Positions 47,650 through 54,141 of a stretch of DNA of 54,141 nt are shown piece by piece. The translations under genes and the position numbers were made by a program. The stretch comes from a virus (taxonomy: Duplodnaviria > Caudoviricetes): positions 1 to 54,141 of IMG/VR virus record IMGVR_UViG_3300027833_000066; one strand, 5' to 3'. Each line of letters begins with the position of its first letter. The stretch's first letter is position 1. Below the pieces are notes generated by a model. That model did not search any database, was not told the DNA's origin, and saw only the letters and a list, made by a program, of their open reading frames with translations.

Positions 47650-47697
47650 ACTATGGTATAATAGTCTTATAAACTGATAAGGAACTACATTATGAAA
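47650..47697 (+). repeat. 48-bp early promoter-RBS-ATG cassette, copy 3 (-35 TTTACA at 47634-47639)
   Basis: ACTATGGTATAATAGTCTTATAAACTGATAAGGAACTACATTATGAAA. Confidence 0.9.
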
Positions 47698-48072
47698 GAT
47701 TTAATTACTGCAACTAACAACCTCCTAGCAGCTATGGAAGCTGATCTTAAGCACTTTTACAGCCGCAGCGAGTATTCATACGGTGAAGGTTATGCTGAAG
47801 AGAGAATGGAAGATATGGTCTTTCACTATGAAGAAGGTCGTAACTACATCAAATTAATCAAAACTGAAGAGTCCGAAAGAGGACATCGTTCAAACGTTCT
47901 TGGCTTCATTGTTAAGAAATCCCCTAAAGCAACCGATAATAAAACTAAACAACCATTTAACGTAGGTGATATGTTAATGGCTGCTGGTTATAATGCTCCT
48001 GCGACAAACTTCGCAAGAGGTAATGTGTTCGAAGAACTTAACCCCGCAAACGTCAGATGGACAGGAATTTAA
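47692..48072 (+). CDS. Conserved early hypothetical protein
   Basis: GRNYIKLI..GFIVKK..GDMLMAAGYNAPATNFARGNV. Confidence 0.8.
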   Translation: MKDLITATNNLLAAMEADLKHFYSRSEYSYGEGYAEERMEDMVFHYEEGRNYIKLIKTEESERGHRSNVLGFIVKKSPKATDNKTKQPFNVGDMLMAAGYNAPATNFARGNVFEELNPANVRWTGI

Positions 48073-48073
48073 T

Positions 48074-48253
48074 ATGAAATCATTTGAAGAAATAGCAATG
48101 GCTATAGCAAACAAAACAGTTGGTGAACTGACCGAAGCTCAAGTAAGAGATTTGGTTGGAGCGCCAAGTTATGAAGAATCTTTAATATGTGACTGTGGGG
48201 AACCACTCACGGAATGTAAAGATTCTTATGTCCATATGACATCTGGTTATTAA
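48074..48253 (+). CDS. Hypothetical protein, possible Zn-binding (start revised from 47993)
   Basis: AGGA RBS; CDCG..C..H motif. Confidence 0.65.
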   Translation: MKSFEEIAMAIANKTVGELTEAQVRDLVGAPSYEESLICDCGEPLTECKDSYVHMTSGY

Positions 48254-48307
48254 GGCGTGACCCATTAGATCAAATTGGTCTAATAAAAGCCTTTACAAAA
48301 CGGTATT

Positions 48308-48355
48308 ACTATGGTATAATACCTATATAAACTGATAAGGAACTACATTATGAAA
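48308..48355 (+). repeat. 48-bp early promoter-RBS-ATG cassette, copy 4 (-35 TTTACA at 48292-48297)
   Basis: Four clustered mismatches to copy 3 (CCTA in place of GTCT). Confidence 0.88.
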
Positions 48356-48691
48356 GACTCAAACCGAACAAATTCTTACGTTACTACAGCACATACCGCA
48401 TCAGCCGGTGACATGCTTGAATTACAAACGATTAGAAATACTATTAAAGCTATTAATAAGATGGCTAAAGAAACTGATCGTATGTCAAATTATCGTTATG
48501 TTAATGGTTGGTCTAATGTTAAGCCTAGTCCATCTCCAAGGTATCGTGTAAGTGTAATGCCTCGTGGACCTAGGGCTATTCATGCAGTGGCTGATGGAAA
48601 ACATCCCCGAGCTTATGATCAAAGTCTTCCAATGCGTCATGCTGAAAGAGTTGATGTATATATTCATACACGTTCAGTCGAGTGGTGCTAA
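48350..48691 (+). CDS. Early hypothetical protein
   Basis: 113 aa, driven by the cassette; YRVSVMPRGPR..AERVDVYI. Confidence 0.8.
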   Translation: MKDSNRTNSYVTTAHTASAGDMLELQTIRNTIKAINKMAKETDRMSNYRYVNGWSNVKPSPSPRYRVSVMPRGPRAIHAVADGKHPRAYDQSLPMRHAERVDVYIHTRSVEWC

Positions 48692-48692
48692 T

Positions 48693-48920
48693 ATGTCAGA
48701 TTTAAGAGCATTCAAAGAAATTACTCAGTGGGACGACTTAGGTTATGAAGTCCCTAACCATATTTACATCCTTAACGCACAAGGCCAGTTGGTTGGAATG
48801 CGTTCAACAACAACGAAAGTCTATAAAGAGTTTAGCAAACCTATGAAGTCTTTCTCTAAATCACGTCGAAAATTTATTGAACTTAAACCCGCAGCAAAAT
48901 ATATGGAGCAACAAGTATGA
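48693..48920 (+). CDS. Hypothetical protein (start revised from 48564)
   Basis: MSDLRAFKEITQW..PNHIYIL..FSKSRRKF. Confidence 0.7.
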   Translation: MSDLRAFKEITQWDDLGYEVPNHIYILNAQGQLVGMRSTTTKVYKEFSKPMKSFSKSRRKFIELKPAAKYMEQQV

Positions 48921-49171
48921 GCAATATTATTATCCCAAGTAGCCCGAACGATCTAGCACGAATCAAAGGCGCAATGCAAGAAGTAAGCAATTCGTTTACT
49001 CGCATGGAAGCCGAACGTTCGTTTATTAGAGAAGCTATTAATGAGTTATCTGATGAAGTAGATATCCCTAAGAAGATTCTCAATAAGATGTCTCGTGTAT
49101 TTCATAAGCAAAACATGGCTGAAGTATTAGGTGAAATTGAAGATGTTGAAGCTTTGTTGGAATCCATCTAA
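48917..49171 (+). CDS. T4 DsbA-like dsDNA-binding protein
   Basis: MQEVSNSFTRMEAERSFI..DIPKKILNKMSRVFHKQN pattern. Confidence 0.7.
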   Translation: MSNIIIPSSPNDLARIKGAMQEVSNSFTRMEAERSFIREAINELSDEVDIPKKILNKMSRVFHKQNMAEVLGEIEDVEALLESI

Positions 49172-49344
49172 TGGGTCGGATGGCTCATAAGGTAGTGGCT
49201 AAGGACTCAGCTGAGAATGTTCTCGCTGAGTACCTTTTTGCTACAGGCGCAGAGGCTGATCTATTTGCTGAAGGATGCAAAGAGAAAGGCCTTAAAGTTA
49301 CTCAAGATACTATGAACATAGACCTAGAGCCGGAGACAGCATGA
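49171..49344 (+). CDS. Hypothetical protein (57 aa; not in the ORF track)
   Basis: MGRMAHKVVAKDS...LEPETA; overlaps both neighbours (TAATG, ATGA). Confidence 0.6.
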   Translation: MGRMAHKVVAKDSAENVLAEYLFATGAEADLFAEGCKEKGLKVTQDTMNIDLEPETA

Positions 49345-49643
49345 AGAAAAGATTCGATAAAGAACCACTTATTAGAGATTATAGAACTGAAGCTAGAAAT
49401 CTAATAAAGCCGTTATCAATGGATAACCTATATAATCTATATGATATCGTTAACAACAAACTAAAACAAACAGTTTCTGAAGATAGATTTGCAGAATTAA
49501 CTGCTGTTAAAAAAGCTATTCAAATGGTACCTCATATTGATCAGCACAAATTAAAGTTTATCATTAGTGGATATAAATCTGAAATGGCTAAACACGCAAG
49601 ACCCAAGGATGGTTACACTAAACCAAACCGGAAAAAAGTATAA
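49341..49643 (+). CDS. Hypothetical basic protein
   Basis: GGAG RBS; 100 aa. Confidence 0.7.
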   Translation: MKKRFDKEPLIRDYRTEARNLIKPLSMDNLYNLYDIVNNKLKQTVSEDRFAELTAVKKAIQMVPHIDQHKLKFIISGYKSEMAKHARPKDGYTKPNRKKV

Positions 49644-50002
49644 TGAACTTAATAGTTAATGCACTACAAACTCCCGATGGCACAATCCTTGAATCTAAGC
49701 ACAGGCATGACTACAAAACTTATACTGATGCCAATGGTAAACAATACATGGTTGACGGTGGTTTAGAGTATGTAAGACGGTCTGTTCATTCAGATCAAAT
49801 TGATATGTGCATGTATGATGATGAACCTCACGAAATTCAAGCTAAAATTTTAACTTGGGGTTCTTATGGTATCAATGGTGACCAACCAATTCGTTGGATA
49901 CCTATTGCTGAAATGGACACTGCTCATATTGAAGCAGTACTAAAACTTAATGTAAACCCTACGCATAAAGCATGCATGATTGAGGAGTTAGTACGAAGAT
50001 GA
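49643..50002 (+). CDS. Conserved phage hypothetical protein
   Basis: TPDGTILESKHRHDY..MVDGGLEY..WGSYGING..HIEAVL. Confidence 0.8.
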   Translation: MNLIVNALQTPDGTILESKHRHDYKTYTDANGKQYMVDGGLEYVRRSVHSDQIDMCMYDDEPHEIQAKILTWGSYGINGDQPIRWIPIAEMDTAHIEAVLKLNVNPTHKACMIEELVRR

Positions 50003-50202
50003 CAATGCCGAATGAAAGATTCTATGCTATTAGAAATACTCGAGAGTTTCTAGTAGAATTAATGGACCCTAAGAAAACCCCTAGGGTTCCTAAAGAGATT
50101 CGACTTAAAGCGTATTACGCAATTAAACATTTCCCAGGAGAGTACCACATGGAAGAAGCACGAAAACTCGCGCCATCAGTATTTGGAGAATGGAATGATT
50201 GA
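49999..50202 (+). CDS. Conserved hypothetical protein
   Basis: MTMPNER..TREFL..PRVPKEIR..KHFP. Confidence 0.75.
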   Translation: MTMPNERFYAIRNTREFLVELMDPKKTPRVPKEIRLKAYYAIKHFPGEYHMEEARKLAPSVFGEWND

Positions 50203-50386
50203 ATTGTGGATGTGGATTAGTGTAATTGCTTGTGTGACAGGTTGTGGTTGGACATCGTATAGAACTGGAGTAAGACATGGTGGAGCAATGATGATTGATA
50301 TGTTAGAAGCTATCGGAGTTGTTACTGTAGATGATGAAGATAATGTTCATCCTAACCGAGATTATAGGCCACCGCTCGAAAAGTAA
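50195..50386 (+). CDS. Small membrane-anchored hypothetical protein
   Basis: GGAG RBS; N-terminal hydrophobic helix. Confidence 0.65.
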   Translation: MIELWMWISVIACVTGCGWTSYRTGVRHGGAMMIDMLEAIGVVTVDDEDNVHPNRDYRPPLEK

Positions 50387-50398
50387 AAGTAAAACTAG

Positions 50399-50406
50399 TA
50401 TAAATA
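50399..50406 (+). promoter_or_regulatory. T4-type late promoter TATAAATA
   Basis: Exact consensus heading the final operon. Confidence 0.85.
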
Positions 50407-50438
50407 GTACTGTAGATTTTATTTTAAGAGGAATATAC

Positions 50439-51440
50439 ATGCTATCGTTCAAACGCTATTTACGAGAAGGAACCAGACCATTTAATCCATTATCGATTGG
50501 TGATCTTCGTAAAGACGAAAACAGACCTGCTGCCTTTGTCAAAAAGGTGGCTGATGGTCTACCCTTTCAAACAACTGAATTCACTAATGTTATAGTGGAT
50601 TTATCCGAGTTAGATAAAGTTAAAGAATTCATGACTGCTGATGATGGAAAGTTTCCTCTTAACCGCACCGCAATGACTGTAAAAACCAGCGAGGGTGAAT
50701 TATCAATCCCTAAGTCTTTCCTTAAGACTCCATCGTTTGGTGGTAAAGGTCAAGGATCTGGTACTAGCAAAGAAGATGCTGCAATGAAAGACTTTAACGA
50801 AAAGCTTAATGCTATATTAGTTAAGGAAAAACTAGGTCAAATATCTTTAAGTATTAATGGTAGAAAAGTAGATGTTTCATTGATGGTAAAAACTGAAGGC
50901 AAATATCAAGGTAAAGAACCTAAGTCTGATATGACTTTAGTTGATGCTCAAGGAGATCCACAAGCATATATTTCTCACAAGGCAGGAAGAACTGCTAAAG
51001 ATTATCAACAGTATGGTGGTCTATCATATAAGCAATACGCGGCAAATAAAGACGTTCAAAAGTTTATGAAAGCTGTATTGGCTGAAGAGCCAAAGGGTTT
51101 ATCATCAGGCCAGTCATTCTTTAGAAAAATCAAAGATAAGCAATTAGTTAAAGAAGCAGTATTCGGTCCAGAATACGGTGGAAAGCCGAGTATATCTAAT
51201 GTAGATGAATTCCATCTTGGCAACATGTCTCTTGTAGGTTCTGGAGATGGTCCATACAAAATTACTTCAACTCATAAAGGTAACAATGGTGATATGCCAA
51301 AGGGAGAATTTGAAGCTTATTACATGATAAGATACCAAGCTAGAAGAGGTGCAGCACGAGCAGGTGGAGTCACAGTACCAAACGCAAGGGTAGGAATCTT
51401 CCCTAAAGCTAAAATTGTTGGAACGAGTAAGGAAATATAA
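50439..51440 (+). CDS. Putative restriction-endonuclease-fold protein with a capsid-targeting-like N-terminus (start revised from 50331)
   Basis: GAGGA RBS; MLSFKRYLRE; PKSD...YISHK...YQQYGG. Confidence 0.6.
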   Translation: MLSFKRYLREGTRPFNPLSIGDLRKDENRPAAFVKKVADGLPFQTTEFTNVIVDLSELDKVKEFMTADDGKFPLNRTAMTVKTSEGELSIPKSFLKTPSFGGKGQGSGTSKEDAAMKDFNEKLNAILVKEKLGQISLSINGRKVDVSLMVKTEGKYQGKEPKSDMTLVDAQGDPQAYISHKAGRTAKDYQQYGGLSYKQYAANKDVQKFMKAVLAEEPKGLSSGQSFFRKIKDKQLVKEAVFGPEYGGKPSISNVDEFHLGNMSLVGSGDGPYKITSTHKGNNGDMPKGEFEAYYMIRYQARRGAARAGGVTVPNARVGIFPKAKIVGTSKEI

Positions 51441-52682
51441 ATGAAATCATTTAAGTCACAATTATCTGAAGCAGCTGGTAAGAATACTCATATGATCCAT
51501 ATTGAAGATTTAATTCTTGATGGTGGAGTTAAAGGGGCACGCCAAGCTATTCTCGCGCTAAGGTCGCTAAGAGATATGCTATCCGGTAACGCAAAATCTG
51601 CAGTTGACGTTACTGTAAAATGGGACGGTGCCCCTGCCGTGTTTGCTGGTCAAGATCCATCTGACGGTGAATTCTTTATTGCTAAGAAAGGTGTATTCAA
51701 TAAGAACCCCAAGGTTTATAAGTCTCATGAAGATATTGATGCCGATACTTCCGGTGATCTAGCTAAGAAGCTAAAAATGGCGTATACATATCTTAAGCCA
51801 TTAGGTATAACAGGAGTTATACAAGGTGATTTTATGTTTGATCAGTCAGATCTTAAGACTGAGAATATTGGTGGAGTAAAGCATATTGTATTCCATCCTA
51901 ATACTATTGCTTACGCTGTACCGACAGGAAGTGATCTAGCCAAGGTAATATCAAGGGCTAAAATAGGTATTGTATGGCATACTGTTTATAATGGATCTAG
52001 CTTTGAATCAATGTCAGCATCATTTGGACAAGTAATAGCTACAAAGTTAAAGCCTTCAAAAGATGTATGGATGCAAGATGCAACGTTGGACGATTTATCT
52101 GGCACCGCAACTTTAACTAAAGCAGATACAGAGTTACTAAACAAAAAGCTTTCAGATGCTGGTAAGTTGTTTAGAAAGATATCAGGTTCAACTTTAAAAG
52201 AATTAGAATCAAATAAAGAGTTAAACTTAGTGATTAATGTATATAATAACACTAAGGTTAGAGATGGTCAAAGGATAACAAACACTAAACAGCATGCTCA
52301 GGGATTAGTTAAGTTTGTATCGGATAGATACCAAAAGGAAATAGATAAACGTTCTTCTCAAAAGGGCAAGGACACACAAGTTGCAAAAAGGGATGCTTTG
52401 TTAACCTTCTTCTCTACATCAAATATAACAAACTTGCAAAATGTATTTGATTTGCAAAATTATGTTGTAGACAGCAAATTAATTATTATAAATAAACTAA
52501 ATGGACTAAGTAAGATTAGTACATTTGTTAAGACAAAGTCCGGATTTAAAGTAACCAACCCTGAGGGTTTTGTTGCTATAGATCGTATGGAAGGTGGAGC
52601 AGTTAAACTTGTTGATAGATTAGAATTTTCTACTAATAACTTCAGCAAAGATATTATAAAAGGTTGGGACAACCCCAACTGA
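51441..52682 (+). CDS. Ligase-fold nucleotidyltransferase (RNA-ligase-like, DUF6267-like)
   Basis: TVKWDG (motif I), IQGDF (III), EGFV (IV), VKLVDR (V). Confidence 0.7.
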   Translation: MKSFKSQLSEAAGKNTHMIHIEDLILDGGVKGARQAILALRSLRDMLSGNAKSAVDVTVKWDGAPAVFAGQDPSDGEFFIAKKGVFNKNPKVYKSHEDIDADTSGDLAKKLKMAYTYLKPLGITGVIQGDFMFDQSDLKTENIGGVKHIVFHPNTIAYAVPTGSDLAKVISRAKIGIVWHTVYNGSSFESMSASFGQVIATKLKPSKDVWMQDATLDDLSGTATLTKADTELLNKKLSDAGKLFRKISGSTLKELESNKELNLVINVYNNTKVRDGQRITNTKQHAQGLVKFVSDRYQKEIDKRSSQKGKDTQVAKRDALLTFFSTSNITNLQNVFDLQNYVVDSKLIIINKLNGLSKISTFVKTKSGFKVTNPEGFVAIDRMEGGAVKLVDRLEFSTNNFSKDIIKGWDNPN

Positions 52683-52704
52683 TAATGGGATACCGAGGAT
52701 AAGT

Positions 52705-53085
52705 ATGAAATCGTTCAAAGAACATGAAGCAGAAGTCAATGAATCTGAAGAAACTACAGAAGCAATGACAATGCAACAAAGAATGAAAGCTAAGGCTACA
52801 TTCAGAAAGAACAAATCAAAGATCGCTATGGGCAGAAAGAAAGCCGCAAGAAAATTAGCGAGTCCTGAGAAACTAAAGGGTAAGGCTAATAAAGCCGCTC
52901 GTAATCTCATTATCAAAAGACTACTTAAGGATAAAGACAAAGCTGATCTTTCCTTCTCTGGCCGTCAAGGTTTAGAAAAGAAAGTCGATAAGAGAAAAGT
53001 AGCTATTGCCAGAATTGCTAAAAAATTATTACCTGCTATTAAGAAAGCTGATAGGGCTAAGTTGAAAAAAGGTCCTAAAAAGTGA
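52705..53085 (+). CDS. Highly basic hypothetical protein, probable internal head protein
   Basis: Acidic N-terminal leader MKSFKEHEAEVNE followed by a Lys/Arg-rich body. Confidence 0.7.
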   Translation: MKSFKEHEAEVNESEETTEAMTMQQRMKAKATFRKNKSKIAMGRKKAARKLASPEKLKGKANKAARNLIIKRLLKDKDKADLSFSGRQGLEKKVDKRKVAIARIAKKLLPAIKKADRAKLKKGPKK

Positions 53086-54131
53086 TTAAAGGTTTTAATG
53101 AGTATATAACTGAAGCAAAAACAGAAGCTTTCTTCGTATTTGGTCGATTCAATCCACCAACTAATGGCCATGAAAAATTATTTGATAAGCTAAAGTCAGC
53201 AGCTGGAAGTAATACATATCGAGTGTATGCTTCAAAATCAAATGACCCTAAGAAAAATCCTCTCCAATTCAAAGATAAAATCAAATTCCTTCGTAAGATG
53301 TTTCCTAAGCATGCTCGCAATATTATGGCAGATGCTGATGTCAGAACTGCACTTGATATTGTAGTTAAGTTATATGATCAAGGGTTTACATCTGTTACTA
53401 TGATTGCTGGTTCTGATAGAGTTACAGAATTTGAAACACTACTTAATAAGTATAATGGCGAAAAGAATCGTCATGGCTTTTATCAATTCGAAAATGGTAT
53501 CAAAGTTGTATCAGCTGGTGAAAGAGATGCTGATGCAGATGATGTATCAGGTATGTCTGCTTCGAAGATGAGAGCAGCAGCATCAGATAACGATCTAGAT
53601 ACGTTTTCAAAAGGTATGCCAAAGGGTTATAAGGGTGCTAAAGATCTATTCAATGCTATTCGTAAAGGTATGGGTTTAAAAGAAGCTCATATACATAGAA
53701 AACATGTTGAATTAGAAACTGTATCTGAAGATAGAGAAAAGTTTGTTGAAGGTAACCTATTTAAAGCTGGCGATGAAGTAGTTCTTAAAGAATCGGGTCA
53801 AGTTGGTATTATCCAACGATGCGGTACTAATTTCTTAGTTGTTGAATTTGGCAATTGGAAGAAAAGAGTATGGTTAGATCAGGTAGAATTACTAGAAAAC
53901 TGTGGTGGAGTTGGTGAACCTAAAGTAACAAAGAAATATGCTGATGCAACACCTGGGCAAAAAGTGCCAGAGTTTAAATCATTCAAGGATATGGAAGAGG
54001 GTGGCTTATGGACTAACATCCATAAGAAACGAAAAAGAATCAAAAATGGATCTGGAGAAAAAATGCGTAAAAAAGGCTCGAAAGGCGCTCCAACAGATCA
54101 AGACTTTAAAGACGCATCGGGAGATGAATAA
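53082..54131 (+). CDS. Cytidyltransferase-like (HIGH-family) nucleotidyltransferase with C-terminal extensions
   Basis: FGRFNPPTNGH, KKNPL, AGSDR, SAGERD, GMSASKMR. Confidence 0.85.
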   Translation: MIKGFNEYITEAKTEAFFVFGRFNPPTNGHEKLFDKLKSAAGSNTYRVYASKSNDPKKNPLQFKDKIKFLRKMFPKHARNIMADADVRTALDIVVKLYDQGFTSVTMIAGSDRVTEFETLLNKYNGEKNRHGFYQFENGIKVVSAGERDADADDVSGMSASKMRAAASDNDLDTFSKGMPKGYKGAKDLFNAIRKGMGLKEAHIHRKHVELETVSEDREKFVEGNLFKAGDEVVLKESGQVGIIQRCGTNFLVVEFGNWKKRVWLDQVELLENCGGVGEPKVTKKYADATPGQKVPEFKSFKDMEEGGLWTNIHKKRKRIKNGSGEKMRKKGSKGAPTDQDFKDASGDE

Positions 54132-54141
54132 AAATGAAAAC

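Noticed and set aside
25811-48355. CRISPR array or attachment sites suggested by the 48-bp repeats
   Set aside because: The copies are dispersed, with no regular spacers and no cas or integrase gene, and each is a promoter-RBS-start unit.

Overview
This window is a 54 kb, AT-rich, almost entirely plus-strand segment of a T4-like myophage genome, probably aquatic. A proteobacterial host is inferred, not shown. From left to right it carries: the end of a tail-fibre module; the neck/terminase/tail/head block (gp13-gp23, gp3); recombination and late-transcription genes (uvsY, uvsW, gp55, gp47, gp46); GroES and a vWA/AAA pair; the replisome (gp45, gp44, gp62, regA, hsp20, gp43, an AEP-like primase, uvsX, gp41); tRNA-Arg(UCU), ribosomal protein bS21 and thyX; early hypothetical genes; and a late operon of probable capsid-packaged enzymes. 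The strongest candidate for an undescribed system is a DNA hypermodification locus (36.1-43.7 kb). It combines a gp42-type dCMP hydroxymethylase, an alpha-glucosyltransferase homologue, a HAD-phosphatase/kinase fusion, a HxGH nucleotidyltransferase and a C5-methyltransferase-fold enzyme with a broken SAM motif I. Non-coding highlights are a 48-bp promoter-RBS-ATG cassette repeated four times, a lone antisense promoter back-to-back with gp55, and a ROSE-like RNA thermometer on hsp20. All protein calls come from motif recognition and synteny by eye; no searches were run.
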